From Candidatus Poribacteria bacterium (GTDB lineage Bacteria; Poribacteria; WGA-4E; WGA-3G), in contig OZ251518.1 of assembly GCA_965242965.1 (NCBI GenBank), positions 672,001-736,000 on the forward strand: 64,000 nucleotides of DNA, given 5' to 3'. The notes beneath the pieces are model-generated. The model was not told where the DNA came from. It did no database searches and worked only from the letters and a program-made list of their open reading frames with translations. Made by a program: the position numbers and the translations under genes. Shown piece by piece: positions 28,898 to 40,827 of this stretch; the stretch's first letter is position 1, and every line of letters begins with the position of its first letter.

Positions 28898-29368
28898 ATG
28901 GTAAAATGGCTGATTTTTGTCATCATGACTGTGGCATCATGGGGACTTTACGGGATTTTTCTGCACAGAGGGCAACTCTCAATGGAGGATGCAGTCCATG
29001 GACGATTCAAAGCGTTTCTCTTCGTCGGACTCGCCTATCTCTTGACGGCAGTCATCGGTTCAGCAGTGATGCTTATTCTGAACGGTGCAGAGTGGCAGTT
29101 CACAAGCAAGGGTGTATCCTGGTCCTTCCTTGCCGGGCTTGTGGGCGCGATAGGCGCGTTCGGGGTGTTACTCGCCTTTGGCGCGGGCGGCAGGCCTGCC
29201 GTGGTGATGTCTATTGTCTTCGCGGGCGCGCCGATTGTAAACGCTGTCGTCGCGACGTTAGCGCATCCGCCACCGGGCGGCTGGGGCACGGTGCGCTGGC
29301 AGTTTGTCGCGGGGATTTTGCTCGCCGCAATCGGTGGCTGCCTTGTTACGTTCTATAAGCCGAGTTAA
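28898..29368 (+). CDS. Small DMT/EamA-like membrane protein
   Basis: Five hydrophobic helices; SWGLYG, VMSIVFAGAPIVN. Confidence 0.8.
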   Translation: MVKWLIFVIMTVASWGLYGIFLHRGQLSMEDAVHGRFKAFLFVGLAYLLTAVIGSAVMLILNGAEWQFTSKGVSWSFLAGLVGAIGAFGVLLAFGAGGRPAVVMSIVFAGAPIVNAVVATLAHPPPGGWGTVRWQFVAGILLAAIGGCLVTFYKPS

Positions 29369-29713
29369 AAGAGGGTATGCGTCGGATGGAACGTAGATAT
29401 GTATCTTGACGATTTCTACTATCCTTTTTGCGGGGGTTGTCTCTAATATACAAGAAAGGAGACAAGACCGTTTCGTTTGGGGATGCATTGAGAGCGGGAG
29501 TATTGCATCGAGACCAGGAGGTCTCTCCTACTGATGTGTGGGTAGGCGGGACATCCTTGTCCCGATACGGTATTGCATCGAGACCGGGAGGTCTCTCCTA
29601 CCGGGGAGAAAAACGCTGTCCCGCTACCGTAGGGCGAGGGCCTGTCCTTCGCCGTGCCGGGAGGACAAGTCTACCGTGGAGTAGCGAAATAGTTTTGTGA
29701 AGGGAGAGTTTTC

Positions 29714-30298
29714 ATGCATTCGGAAGAATTAACCGACGCAAGCGATGCTGAACTCATCGTCGCCGCGCTCGCAGGAAATACAGAGGCGTTTGACGTGCTG
29801 GTGCTCCGCTATCGGCGCGCCATGCTGACGGTGGCACAGCAGATTGTCCGCAATCCCACCGATGCGGAAGATGTCGTCCAAGATGCATTATTGCTGGCTT
29901 TTGAAGCACTGCCGCAATTGGAAGATCTGAACCGATTCGGCGCGTGGCTCCATACCATCACCCGGAACCGCGCCTTGCGGCATTTCAAAAATACTAGCCG
30001 CTATGCACCGCAGGAGGACATGGAACCCTATGTCAATCGCGTAACAGACCCGAGTGCCACGGATCCCGCCGTTATTTATGAACGGAAACAGGCGCGGCAA
30101 GATGTCAGAGACGCAATCATGGAACTCCCTACCGAGTTTCAGGAGGTTATCCAACTATATTACTGGGCAGAGATGCCGCAGAAACGAATGGCGGAATTCC
30201 TCTCGGTCCCGTTGACAACGGTGAAGTGGCGACTGCACAGAGCGAAGGCGTTGCTCAGAACGTTGTTAGAAAAGCGCGGCTACGGTGACGATGTCTGA
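29714..30298 (+). CDS. ECF RNA polymerase sigma factor
   Basis: DAEDVVQDA, FGAWLHTITRN, TVKWRLHRAK. Confidence 0.93.
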   Translation: MHSEELTDASDAELIVAALAGNTEAFDVLVLRYRRAMLTVAQQIVRNPTDAEDVVQDALLLAFEALPQLEDLNRFGAWLHTITRNRALRHFKNTSRYAPQEDMEPYVNRVTDPSATDPAVIYERKQARQDVRDAIMELPTEFQEVIQLYYWAEMPQKRMAEFLSVPLTTVKWRLHRAKALLRTLLEKRGYGDDV

Positions 30299-30349
30299 TC
30301 CGGATGCGATTTTCAATCAAGTTCGGGGGAGAGCCAAACACTGCCCCTC

Positions 30350-30810
30350 AACCGTAGGGCGAGGGCCTGTCCCTCGCCGTGCCGGGGGTTATCCTATCGC
30401 TGTTTGGGTAGGCGGGACATCCTTGTCCCGATAGGGTATTGCATCGAGACCGGGAGGTCTCTCCTACTGATGTTTTGGTAGGCGGGACATCCTTGTCCCG
30501 ATATGGCATTGCATCGAGACCGGGAGGTCTCTCCCACGGGGAAAGAGAAAAATGCTCCCCCTCCACCGTAGGGCGAGGGCCTGTCCCTCGCCGTGCCGGG
30601 GGTTATCCTATCGCTGTTTGGGTAGGCGGGACATCCTTGTCCCGATACGGTATTGCATCGAGACCAGGAGGTCTCTCCTACTGATGTTTGGGTAGGCGGG
30701 ACATCCTTGTCCCGATACGGTATTGCATCGAGACCAGGAGGTCTCTCCTACCGGGTGAGAGAAAAACGCGCCGACGAACCGTAGGGCGAGGGCCTGTCCC
30801 TCGCCGTGCC
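30350..30810. repeat. REP array of GAGACC.GGAGGTCTCTCCTAC / GTAGGCGGGACATCCTTGTCCCG doublets
   Basis: Alternating inverted units with internal duplication. Confidence 0.9.
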
Positions 30811-30852
30811 GAGACCTGGGGAACACAAACGACTTATCGAGGTATATCTATT

Positions 30853-32241
30853 ATGGAACAACAGAGGCAAAATGAACTCCGCGGGCTATTCCATCTCTTG
30901 GAACATACCGCGAAACTCGCAGAGGATTCGGTGCATACGGATGCCTTCAAAAATGGCGAGGCGCGATGCATCATTCAATTCAATAACGTGCTGACGCGCC
31001 TGCGCGACATTGATGCCGTGCCAGACGGCCTCTTTGACGCGCTCCACGATACGGCATCTTTCGGCGAGATTGGCATTGCGTGCCATCAACTCGCCGCGTA
31101 TCTCAACGAAGAGTTGACAACCTCCTCCGATTTCAGAGGATGGGTAACCGGCTTTTTCGGGAAACGGTTTTTAGAGAACGTTCAGGAAGAACTGAGCGGG
31201 GCAGAAGAGAAAATCGGAGAACTGATTCGCAAGTCTGTCCCCGATTTCTTAACCGAAAGCACGCTGGCGGACATTGAGGAGGCGTTCCCGGTCGCGCCCG
31301 GCGGATGCCTCACGGTTGATGTGCCCCTCGGGACGATTGACGTTCTGACAGCGGAGAGTGATACCCTCGCGGTGCGGGTGCGGCGGTCCGCGCAGTTAAA
31401 AGCAGACCGGCGCGCTGGGGAACTCCTCAAAGATTTGGATATCAGCATCACCCACGATGCAGCTGATGTGGAAATTAAGGCGAATTTCAGAGGCGCGAAG
31501 AAGGCACTGAACAAGGCGCGCAACCGACTTGACGTGCAGTTTGAGATTGTTGTCCCGCATCGTTACAACGTCGATTTGAAGACGAGTGGCGATGACATCG
31601 CCGTTGAGAATCTGGAAGGGAACGTCAACGCGCAGACAACTGGCGGCGAACTCCATTTGGTTGACATCACCGGCAAGATTGATGGGCGTACTAGTGGCGG
31701 CAACCTTGAGTTGCATGCGTTCAAAGGCAATGCAGAACTCCGAACGTCCGGCGGCAACATTAACGTGCAAACCGGCACCGGCGATGTGAACGCGAAAACG
31801 ACTGGGGGCAATCTGCACCTCACCGAAGTCAACGGGTTTATCATTGGAAGTGCCGCTGGCGGCAATCTTTCACTCAGCGATTGTGCTGGCGGCGCAGATG
31901 TGAAAACGGCGGGTGGAAGTGTGGTGTTAGATACCGATGGGGCAGTCAACGCGAAAGCCGCTGGAGGGGGCATCCGCGCGCATCTCCGCAGCCAGATTCA
32001 GGACGAGTGTTTCTTGGAGACAGCAGGCGGCAGCATTGAGGTTACCCTCATCCCTGATGTTGCTGTGAACGTCGATGCCAAAGCACTCGGCGGCGCGGTG
32101 AAGACTGCATTTCCGGTCGTCTCGGAGATTACGGGACCTGTTAGGCCTGGGTTATTGCAAGGTGCGATTAATGGCGGCGGACCGCCGTTGAAAATTCGCG
32201 GCTTGGGCGGCGGCATCTCGCTGAAACAGGCGGATGAGTAG
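30853..32241 (+). CDS. DUF4097 (adhesin-like beta-strand repeat) protein, possible partner of the upstream ECF sigma factor
   Basis: Repeated (K/R)T(S/T)GG(N/D) units; GAGG SD before ATG 30853. Confidence 0.82.
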   Translation: MEQQRQNELRGLFHLLEHTAKLAEDSVHTDAFKNGEARCIIQFNNVLTRLRDIDAVPDGLFDALHDTASFGEIGIACHQLAAYLNEELTTSSDFRGWVTGFFGKRFLENVQEELSGAEEKIGELIRKSVPDFLTESTLADIEEAFPVAPGGCLTVDVPLGTIDVLTAESDTLAVRVRRSAQLKADRRAGELLKDLDISITHDAADVEIKANFRGAKKALNKARNRLDVQFEIVVPHRYNVDLKTSGDDIAVENLEGNVNAQTTGGELHLVDITGKIDGRTSGGNLELHAFKGNAELRTSGGNINVQTGTGDVNAKTTGGNLHLTEVNGFIIGSAAGGNLSLSDCAGGADVKTAGGSVVLDTDGAVNAKAAGGGIRAHLRSQIQDECFLETAGGSIEVTLIPDVAVNVDAKALGGAVKTAFPVVSEITGPVRPGLLQGAINGGGPPLKIRGLGGGISLKQADE

Positions 32242-32756
32242 TTTGTGATCGCCTGATCACAAACGGGTCAGGATCAGGCGATCCTGACCTACAGGGGTGA
32301 GGAGGTCTGCCAGCCAAACGCATGGCGAGGGACAGGCCCTCGCCCTACGGTGCGGGGGTGGCGTTTTCACCGTAGCGCGGGGGCCTGTCCCCCGCGATGG
32401 CTCAAGCACCGTTTTTTTTATCGTAGCGCGGGGGCCTGTCCCCCGCGATCGTTGGATTGCGCGAGCTCCGTCGTCACGATGTGTGTTTCCCCACTGTAGT
32501 TTGTGATCGCCTGATCACAAACAGGTCAGGATCAGGCGATCCTGACCTACAGGGCCTGGAGATCGAACGATGGCGAGGGACAGGCCCTCGCCCTACGGTG
32601 CGGGGGCGGCGTTTTTTGGGGGCCTATCCCCAGCCCACCCAAAAATTTTCTTGCAAAATTTTTGTGATTTGCTATAATGTTAAAAAATCGTTCGTGATTT
32701 GCGACACAAACTTTAACGAGGCACCACGCCTCGCAATGCACACAAAGGAGCATAAC

Positions 32757-34076
32757 ATGATGAAAAACGTTCATATCAGGCTGGTATTCGTGTTAATCGT
32801 TGCGTTGGCATGCGTCAGCGTGCCGGCGAACGCGCAGGAATCCCTGACTATCGTCTGGGCAGAATGGGATCCCGCGAATTATCTCGCCGAACTCTCCAAG
32901 GATTTTACCGCCGAAACAGGGATTCCGGTCGATGTCGTCCAGATTCCGTGGGCAAATTTTCAGGACAAGGTATTCACTGCCTTCGTTGGGAAAAGCGACC
33001 TTTACGACATCGTCATCGGCGATAGCCAGTGGTTGGGGAGGAATTCTGTCGGTGGACACTACATTGAACTCACCGAGTGGATTAACGCCAACATCGACGT
33101 TGCGTCTATCTACGGTCCGGCGATGACAGCGTTCGCCGAGTATCCGAAAGCGAGTAAGAAGTATTGGGCATTGCCCGCGGAAGTGGATGCCGCTGGTTAC
33201 GTCTACCGGAAAGACCTTTTTGAAGACCCGGGTGAGATGTCGGCGTTCCAAGCGAAATACGGCTATGCGCTCGCGCCGCCGAAAACGTATGCGCAACTCC
33301 GCGATGTCGCCGAATTTTTCACGCGTCCGGCGGATGATCTCTACGGTATTGCGACGTGGTATAGCAAGGAATACGATGGCATCACGATGGGTTTCCAGCA
33401 GGTGATGTGGAGTTTCGGCGGCACCTACGGCGATGCGGCGAGTTACAAAGTGGCCGGGCATCTCAACACGGAGGATGCTGTCAAGGCACTTGAATTTTAC
33501 ACCGATTTGCTTCAATTCGCCCCGCCGGACGCGCCTAACTACTATTGGCAGGAGACGCTGAATGCCTATGTCTCTGGCAAGGTTGCGATGGCGATGAACT
33601 ATTTCGCTTTCTTCCCCGGTGTTGTCAACGCTGAGACGAACCCATTTTCGCACGACAAGAGCGGGTTCTTCATCGCACCCGCCGGTCCGAAGGGGCACTA
33701 TATCAGCATCGGTGGGCAGGGGATGTCCATTTCCGCGTATTCCAAAAATCAGGATATCGCGAAGCAGTATATGAAGTGGTTCATGCAGAAACCGGTTCAG
33801 GAGAAGTGGGCGGAACTCGGTGGTTTCACACCGCATAAAGAGGTGTTGCAATCGGATGCGTTTAAGAAGGCGACACCGTTTAACATGGCGTTCGCCGCGA
33901 GTTTCCCGTATCTTCGCGATTTCTGGGCGGTGCCGGAATATGCGGAACTGTTAGAGGTATGCCAAACGAATTGGAGTGAGGCTATCTCCAAAATCAAATC
34001 CGCGAAGAAGGCATTGGATGCCATTGCCCGCAAGCACGAGGAAATCTTCGAGGATGCTGGCTATTATGATGAGTGA
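32757..34076 (+). CDS. Sugar ABC transporter substrate-binding protein
   Basis: AAGGAG SD, signal peptide, WAEWDPAN, YRKDLF. Confidence 0.92.
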   Translation: MMKNVHIRLVFVLIVALACVSVPANAQESLTIVWAEWDPANYLAELSKDFTAETGIPVDVVQIPWANFQDKVFTAFVGKSDLYDIVIGDSQWLGRNSVGGHYIELTEWINANIDVASIYGPAMTAFAEYPKASKKYWALPAEVDAAGYVYRKDLFEDPGEMSAFQAKYGYALAPPKTYAQLRDVAEFFTRPADDLYGIATWYSKEYDGITMGFQQVMWSFGGTYGDAASYKVAGHLNTEDAVKALEFYTDLLQFAPPDAPNYYWQETLNAYVSGKVAMAMNYFAFFPGVVNAETNPFSHDKSGFFIAPAGPKGHYISIGGQGMSISAYSKNQDIAKQYMKWFMQKPVQEKWAELGGFTPHKEVLQSDAFKKATPFNMAFAASFPYLRDFWAVPEYAELLEVCQTNWSEAISKIKSAKKALDAIARKHEEIFEDAGYYDE

Positions 34077-34097
34077 TGCCGCGTGCCGGATTTCATA

Positions 34098-34470
34098 ACC
34101 GTAGGGCGAGGGCCTGTCCCTCGCCATGCAACGATCGCGGGGGACAGGCCCCCGCGCTACGATAAAAAACGCCTCTCGTTACCGTAGGGCGAGGGCCTGT
34201 CCCTCGCCATGCCTCGGGTACGCGGACGCTCGAGGGGGACAGGCCCCCGCGCTACGGTTGGTGAGGCTGCCTCCTTTCACCGTAGGGCTTGGGCCCTCGG
34301 ATGCCATACGCGCATCCGAGCGGGTTTCCCTCGCCATGCTTGGGGTACAAGAACGTTCGCGGGGGACAGGCCCCCGCGCTACGGGTCCAGATGGGGTTCG
34401 CCTCGCCATGCAACGCTCGCGGGGGACAGGCCCCCGCGCTACGGGCCTAGATGGGGTTCTCCTCGCCGTG
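34098..34470. repeat. REP array inside the ABC operon
   Basis: GTAG palindrome units between the SBP and permease genes. Confidence 0.9.
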
Positions 34471-34507
34471 CGGCGATGGCCCTAAACCCGCTTTCATCTG
34501 AAAATAT

Positions 34508-35410
34508 ATGCAAACAAACCGTTTCTCGCGTGGAATGAGCGACTACCAAGTCAAGATGGCATTCATCATGCCCACCATGATTTTGCTCATCTTGATGAAC
34601 ATTTTCCCGCTACTGTGGTCCCTCTATTTAAGTTTCCATCGCTATAAAGCCTCAATGCCGACAGCCGCGCGGTTTATCGGGACGCGCAACTACGCGCGCC
34701 TGCTGGCAGACCCCGAGATGTGGGGCTATTTCCAAACCACCGCCTATTTCGTCGTCTTAGCTGTCACGGCGCAATTCCTAATCGGGTTTGGACTTGCGCT
34801 GCTGCTGAATCGCGAGTTCCGGTATAAAGGCTTCATCACGACGCTCCTCCTGCTGCCGATGATGTTATCGCCTGTTGTCGTGGGGCTATTTTGGCGGTTC
34901 ATTCTCTCTTCCGATAACGCGGGCTTACTGAACTTCTTTCTCAGTCCTTTTCTCAAATCGCCTATCGGCTGGACGACAAACCCGAAAGTAGCGATGCTGG
35001 CGGTTGTCATCGTTGATACGTGGATGTGGTCCCCGTTTATGATGCTCATCGCGCTGGCAGGATTAAGCGCGGTGCCGAAATACCTCTATGAAGCCGCCGA
35101 TGTGGACAGAGCCTCCGCATGGTTCAAGTTCCGATGGATAACGTTACCGTTGGTATCGCCGCTCTTACTCATCGCGCTCTTGTTCCGCACGATGGACGCG
35201 TTCAAAATGTTTGACATTGTTTATGTCCTCACGCGCGAAGGCGGCCCGGGCACAGTCACGGAGACTGTCTCGATGAACCTCTATAAACTTGCGTTTCGGA
35301 ACTATAACACCGGCAAGGCGTGCGCGATGGCGTATATCCTGCTGGTTATTATCGTCGCGCTGAGCAACATCTACGTCAAATATCTCAATCGCGTCAAGGG
35401 AGAGGCATAA
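34508..35410 (+). CDS. Sugar ABC transporter permease (MalF-like)
   Basis: LYEAADVDRAS EAA loop. Confidence 0.93.
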   Translation: MQTNRFSRGMSDYQVKMAFIMPTMILLILMNIFPLLWSLYLSFHRYKASMPTAARFIGTRNYARLLADPEMWGYFQTTAYFVVLAVTAQFLIGFGLALLLNREFRYKGFITTLLLLPMMLSPVVVGLFWRFILSSDNAGLLNFFLSPFLKSPIGWTTNPKVAMLAVVIVDTWMWSPFMMLIALAGLSAVPKYLYEAADVDRASAWFKFRWITLPLVSPLLLIALLFRTMDAFKMFDIVYVLTREGGPGTVTETVSMNLYKLAFRNYNTGKACAMAYILLVIIVALSNIYVKYLNRVKGEA

Positions 35411-35417
35411 CGCATTT

Positions 35418-36668
35418 ATGCAGAATCGAAAAAATTTTGGACACTATCTCATCCTCGCGCTCATCGCTGTCACCGTGGTCCTCTATATCATCCCAATTTA
35501 TTGGATTGTGGCGACATCGCTGAAGGCACCGGGGGACATCCATACCAAACTCCCGAAGTTTATTTTCAGCATCTCGTTGGAAAACTATCAGGAATTGATT
35601 GAGGAGGCGGAGAATGTGTGGGGAGTGGCGTTCCTTTTCATCGCGGAGGCGATTGGGGGGCTGCTTCTGTTCGCGTTTTTTTCAATTGCATGGAGGAGTC
35701 AAGACCGGGGGGGAGTATTTAAATGGGCAAAGCACATCGGTTTAGTTTGGAACGGCATCTTCGTTGTGACGTGCCTCTACAGTTTTTTCACCCTACCGCC
35801 GTTGCAGAGTCGCCTCCAGACAGATGTCCGCTTCCATTTTTTGACGTTAATCGTCTGCGCGGTGGTAACCTATCTCCTGATTTTCCCGGCATCGGTTAGC
35901 GTGCTGTGGAAACGGGGGGCGCGTTCATCGCCACCGCAAGATGCGAAAAGACAACGCCTTGCCTTTGTCGGTCCCACTATTTTTGCGACGATTGCAGTTT
36001 GCGTTGCGTTGGCAAACGGTGGTTCTAAGTATTTCTATCAACTGCTCAATAGCATCATCATCGGTGGCGGCAGCACGATTCTCGCCGTTGGGTTAGGCAC
36101 GCTGTCCGCGTATGCCTTCTCGCGGTTCAACATCGCCGGGAAAGACGATTTACTGTTTTTCATTCTCAGCACTCGGATGCTGCCGCCGGTTGTCGTGGTT
36201 ATTCCGATTTATCTGATGTATAGCGCGCTAGGGCTGCGCGATACGCACTTGGGGCTTATCCTCCTCTATACGACGTTCAACGTTTCGTTCGCGGTCTGGT
36301 TGATGAAAGGGTTTATTGACGAGATTCCAAAGGAGTATGAGGATGCCGCGCTCGTCGATGGCTACACGCGCTTCCAAACGTTTTTGAAGGTAGTGCTGCC
36401 GCAATCGGTGACAGGTATGGCGGCGACGGCGGTATTCTGTCTGATTACGGCGTGGAACGAATTCGCCTTCGCATTGGTGCTAACGGAAGTCGGCGGTAGA
36501 GCGGTGACTGCGCCGCCTTCGATTACCAGTGCCACCGGTTCTACGGGGATGGATTGGGGGAAAATTGCGGCAATGACGTTTGTTTTTCTCTTACCGGTTG
36601 CGATTTTTACGTTCCTGATGCGGAGTCATCTGTTGCGTGGTGTGACGTTTGGCGCGGTGAAAAAATGA
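35418..36668 (+). CDS. Sugar ABC transporter permease (MalG-like) with extra TM insert
   Basis: EDAALVDG EAA loop, AWNEF; about 140 extra hydrophobic residues after ENY. Confidence 0.9.
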   Translation: MQNRKNFGHYLILALIAVTVVLYIIPIYWIVATSLKAPGDIHTKLPKFIFSISLENYQELIEEAENVWGVAFLFIAEAIGGLLLFAFFSIAWRSQDRGGVFKWAKHIGLVWNGIFVVTCLYSFFTLPPLQSRLQTDVRFHFLTLIVCAVVTYLLIFPASVSVLWKRGARSSPPQDAKRQRLAFVGPTIFATIAVCVALANGGSKYFYQLLNSIIIGGGSTILAVGLGTLSAYAFSRFNIAGKDDLLFFILSTRMLPPVVVVIPIYLMYSALGLRDTHLGLILLYTTFNVSFAVWLMKGFIDEIPKEYEDAALVDGYTRFQTFLKVVLPQSVTGMAATAVFCLITAWNEFAFALVLTEVGGRAVTAPPSITSATGSTGMDWGKIAAMTFVFLLPVAIFTFLMRSHLLRGVTFGAVKK

Positions 36669-37026
36669 GTGGGTTTCATGTTTCGATGCACACCCGTAGG
36701 AGAGACCTCCCGGTCTCGATTTTTCCGGTAGGAGAGACCTCCTGGTCTCGATTCTCCCCAGTAGGAGAGACTCCGGGTCTTGATGCGCACCGTATCGGGA
36801 CAAGGATGTCCCTCCTACCGTAAGGCATCGGGCGCACCTCTGTAGTTCGGGAGCGCCTGATCCCGAACGGGTCAGGATCAGGCGATCCTAACCTACAAAG
36901 GAAGGCGTTTTTTCCTCGTAGCGCGGGGGCCTGTCCCCGCGACGTTGAGCGATTTATGAAACACCCTCAGTTTATGAAACACCCTCAGTTAAAATGACGT
37001 AAACCGTCGAGACCAGGAGGTCTCTC

Positions 37027-37797
37027 CTACGGAGAAGAGAGCTCCAATGCCTCGCGAACCGCTTGGCGAACCTCGGTGGCGATTTTTACTGCATGCTGTG
37101 CATTGGTGGCGGTTGCGGATTCGCCAGGGGACCGGAAATCCACTGCGTGCGTCGTAAATGCCGCAAAATCCGCATACCATGCGCGCCACGCAGGAAGCGT
37201 CGGCACGATTAAATCCAGCAATTCTTCTAGACTGTGTGTCCGCTGCACCGGAAGGTTCGCTTCTTGCAGCCACGCCTTCAGGAACTTCTCAATACACTGC
37301 TGCGCGTGAAAACAGATGGTATTATAGAAGTTTCGTGTTGCGCTGTGCTGGAGTTCCTTTACCGCGGCGTAATCCTCCTCAGCTCGCTCTATATACTCCA
37401 AAGTCAACGGATTCATCGGGTTTCCTACTTCCTTCTCGCGCTGTTCATCGGGCGTTTCCAATGCTTTTTTGGAAAAACCACCGGCATCATAAAGCACGTC
37501 GCCTTTTTCAAGAATTTCTCGGAGAAACCAATCATTGTGCGCGACACGATAGGCAATCTCTGCCGGCGACCGGACGAGTAAATCCGTGCGAAACCGATGC
37601 GGGATGCATCGCCGGATTTCTACCGCCTTGTCCCGTTGCGCCGATGCGGGAATCGGCATCACAACGAGTAGATCTACATCGGATGCTTCCGTTGGCGGGT
37701 TGCCATACGCATACGAACCAAAGAGAATAATTTGGAGTGGTGCGAATTCGCGCACGATGTCATCACAAGTTGCTTGAATCTCTTTTCGGGAAATCAT
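37027..37797 (-). CDS. Fused MNT nucleotidyltransferase-HEPN domain protein
   Basis: LFGSYAYG...SDVDLLV; ICFHAQQCIEKFLKA, THSL. Confidence 0.88.
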   Translation of the reverse strand: MISRKEIQATCDDIVREFAPLQIILFGSYAYGNPPTEASDVDLLVVMPIPASAQRDKAVEIRRCIPHRFRTDLLVRSPAEIAYRVAHNDWFLREILEKGDVLYDAGGFSKKALETPDEQREKEVGNPMNPLTLEYIERAEEDYAAVKELQHSATRNFYNTICFHAQQCIEKFLKAWLQEANLPVQRTHSLEELLDLIVPTLPAWRAWYADFAAFTTHAVDFRSPGESATATNAQHAVKIATEVRQAVREALELSSP

Positions 37798-38334
37798 GAG
37801 CTGTGCCTCCTTTGGGGACAGGTTGTCCGTGTCCTGGTTGAAAAAAACGCCTCTCCTTCACGTAGGGCGAGGGCCTGTCCCTCGCCATGCCCCGGTCTGA
37901 GCAGCAACCATCCGTGGTCTCTGGGCTGCGGGCGTTTTCCGCAGCGGTGGAGAGATCGCGGGGGACAGGCCCCCGCGCTACGGGAAAAAACGCCACCCCT
38001 CACCGTAGGGCGAGGGCCTGTCCCTCGCCATGCAACAATCGCGGGGGACAGGCCCCCGCGCTACGGAGCATCGAGACCAGGAGGTCTCGCCTACGAGGGA
38101 AGAGTCGAGACCAGGAGGTCTCTCCTACCAGGAAGGCATTGATATATGAAACCCTCTCAAGTTATATATAGGATACCATAATACCAAACTGAAATGCAAA
38201 CTTTTTTTACGCCTCACATCAAATTCGCATGAAGATTAAAGAGACTCAAAAAAACTTGACAAATTTAATGCAACATGAGATAATGTGTATTAATTCTAAA
38301 CACCTTCATTTTTTGACGAAAGGAAATACGCACT

Positions 38335-39507
38335 ATGCCACTTGGTAGAAAAATACGATATGGAATGGTAGGCGGTGGGCCCGATGCCTTCATCGGGGCT
38401 GTTCACCGGAAAGCCGCTGCGCTTGATGGCGAAATCGACTTGGTTGCAGGCGCGTTTTCATCATCACCCGAAAAATCGCGACAACAAGGCGCGGCACTCT
38501 TCCTTGACGAAAACCGCGTCTACGGTTCTTACAAGGAAATGGCGGAAAAAGAGAGCCAGCTCCCCGAAGGCGAACGCATCGACTTTGTCTCAATCGTGAC
38601 ACCGAATCACGTTCATTTTGATGTCGCCAAAACCTTCATCGAAGCAGGGTTTCACGTCGTCTGCGATAAACCGATGACGACGACGGTAGCCGATGCTGAG
38701 GCACTCTGCCGTCTCGTCAAGGCGCACGATGTCATCTTCGCGCTGACGCATAACTACACCGGTTATCCGATGGTGAAGGAGGCGCGCGAGTTGGTGAAGG
38801 CGGGCAAACTCGGCACACTCCGCAAAATCGTCGTGGAGTATCCGCAGGGATGGCTCTCCACGTTTTTGGAAGACGAAGGCGCGAAGCAAGCCGTCTGGCG
38901 CACAGACCCGAGTCAAGCCGGTGCTTCATCTTGTATCGGGGACATCGGTTCGCATGCCGAGAATCTGGCGCACTATATCACCGGGCTTGAGATGGAGGAA
39001 ATCTGCGCCGACATGACGACGTTTGTCGAGGGGCGGCTGTTAGAAGACGATGGAAACCTCCTCGTGCATTATGAAAACGGCGTTCGCGGCGTGCTTTTCG
39101 CCTCGCAAATCTCTGTCGGCGAAGAGAATAACCTGCGCATCCGCGTTTACGGCACCGATGCCTCGCTAGAATGGCAGCAGGAAAACCCGAATTATCTCTA
39201 TGTTCGTGTCCCGGACGGACCGGAGCAGGTTTACAAGCGCGGTAACGACTATCTTTCGGAGATTGTGCAGCACAACAGCCGCATCCCGTTTGGGCATCCG
39301 GAGGCGTTCATTGAAGCGTTCGCGAATATTTATGTCAACGCGACTCGCACGATGGCTGCCAAAATCGCAGGTGAGGCACCGGGCGAATTTGACACCGATT
39401 TCCCCACCGTTCAGGATGGCGCGCGCGGCGTGCATTTCATCAACACCGCCGTGGAGAGCGGCAACCAACGCGGCTGGGTAGACGCGCGGTATACACCGCC
39501 AGCCTAA
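38335..39507 (+). CDS. Gfo/Idh/MocA oxidoreductase
   Basis: GMVGGG..AFIG..HR, TPNHVH, CDKP, DIGSHA. Confidence 0.93.
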   Translation: MPLGRKIRYGMVGGGPDAFIGAVHRKAAALDGEIDLVAGAFSSSPEKSRQQGAALFLDENRVYGSYKEMAEKESQLPEGERIDFVSIVTPNHVHFDVAKTFIEAGFHVVCDKPMTTTVADAEALCRLVKAHDVIFALTHNYTGYPMVKEARELVKAGKLGTLRKIVVEYPQGWLSTFLEDEGAKQAVWRTDPSQAGASSCIGDIGSHAENLAHYITGLEMEEICADMTTFVEGRLLEDDGNLLVHYENGVRGVLFASQISVGEENNLRIRVYGTDASLEWQQENPNYLYVRVPDGPEQVYKRGNDYLSEIVQHNSRIPFGHPEAFIEAFANIYVNATRTMAAKIAGEAPGEFDTDFPTVQDGARGVHFINTAVESGNQRGWVDARYTPPA

Positions 39508-39826
39508 CCCGTAGCCTAACCCGTAGCGCGAGGGCCCGTCCCTCGCGAACGTTCAAACAACTTAACCTGTAGCGCGAGGGCCTGTCCCTCGCGAACGTTC
39601 AAACAACTTAACCGAGGGGGTTTCATAACTCCGTTTCGGAATTTATCCCGCCTTGGAGGGCGGGCGAATACCGGAAGGCATCGGGCGCACCTCTGTAGTT
39701 CGGGAGCGCCTGCTCCCGAACGGGTCAGGATCAGGCGATCCTGACCTACAGAGCGAGCATTCAAACAACTTAACCCGTAAGGCGAGGGAAACCTGTCCCT
39801 CGCAAACATTCAAATAGGAGGATAAC

Positions 39827-40825
39827 ATGGCAAGACCTGTGACACTGTTTACAGGACAATGGGCAGATTTGACACTGGAAGAACTCGCACAGAAGGCGAG
39901 CGGCTGGGGCTACGATGGCTTAGAACTCGCCTGCTGGGGAGATCATTTTGAGGTAGACAAGGCCCTCGCCGATGACGGCTACTGCCAAGGCCGGCACGAT
40001 CTGCTAGCCAAATATGGGCTGAAGGTCTGGGCGATAAGCAATCATCTCGTCGGACAGGCAGTCTGCGATAACATTGATGCCCGGCACCAAGGCATCGTGC
40101 CAGAATACGTGTGGGGCGACGGCGACCCGGGAGGCGTTCAAGAACGCGCAGCCGAAGAGATGAAAAATACGGCGCGCGCCGCCGCGAAACTCGGCGTGAA
40201 CGTCGTCAATGGGTTTACTGGCAGCTCCATTTGGCACCTGCTTTACTCGTTCCCACCGAACGACCCGGGGCAAATTGATGCCGGGTTTGAAGATTTCGCG
40301 AACCGGTGGAATCCGATCTTTGACGTGTTTGACGAAGTCGGTGTCAGGTTCGGACTGGAAGTGCATCCCACCGAGATTGCGTTTGACATCGTCACGGCGG
40401 AGCGCGCCATTGAGGCACTTGATGGCAGGAAAACGTTCGGTTTTAACTATGACCCGAGCCATCTCGGTTATCAGGGTGTTGACTACGTCGCGTTCCTTGA
40501 ACGGCTGAGCGATCGGATTTATCACGTCCACATGAAAGATGTCTGGTGGGCTGACACGCCGCGGTTAGCAGGCGTTTTCGGCGGGCATTTGGATTTCGGC
40601 GATGCGCGGCGGTACTGGGATTTCCGCTCCATCGGGCGCGGCAAAATCCAGTTTGAGGAGATCATCCGAGCCCTCAACAACATGGGATATGACGGCCCTC
40701 TCTCCATTGAGTGGGAGGACAGCGGCATGGACAGGGAGCACGGTGCTCGCGAGTCCTGCAGTGCCGTGAAAGGGTATGATTTTGAGCCCTCCGATGTCGC
40801 CTTTGATGCGGCATTTGAGGATTAA
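39827..40825 (+). CDS. Sugar phosphate isomerase/epimerase (TIM barrel)
   Basis: [37 protein letters not shown]. Confidence 0.93.
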   Translation: MARPVTLFTGQWADLTLEELAQKASGWGYDGLELACWGDHFEVDKALADDGYCQGRHDLLAKYGLKVWAISNHLVGQAVCDNIDARHQGIVPEYVWGDGDPGGVQERAAEEMKNTARAAAKLGVNVVNGFTGSSIWHLLYSFPPNDPGQIDAGFEDFANRWNPIFDVFDEVGVRFGLEVHPTEIAFDIVTAERAIEALDGRKTFGFNYDPSHLGYQGVDYVAFLERLSDRIYHVHMKDVWWADTPRLAGVFGGHLDFGDARRYWDFRSIGRGKIQFEEIIRALNNMGYDGPLSIEWEDSGMDREHGARESCSAVKGYDFEPSDVAFDAAFED

Positions 40826-40827
40826 AT

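Noticed and set aside
30688-30852. Long N-terminal extensions given by the ORF track (also 32457-32756, 50678-50818, 59876-59944)
   Set aside because: The extensions run through repeats; better starts with an SD or promoter lie downstream.
32793-33851. Long antisense ORFs (also 41986-42966, 50858-51496, 22799-23377)
   Set aside because: Shadow frames of well-supported genes on the opposite strand in GC-rich DNA.
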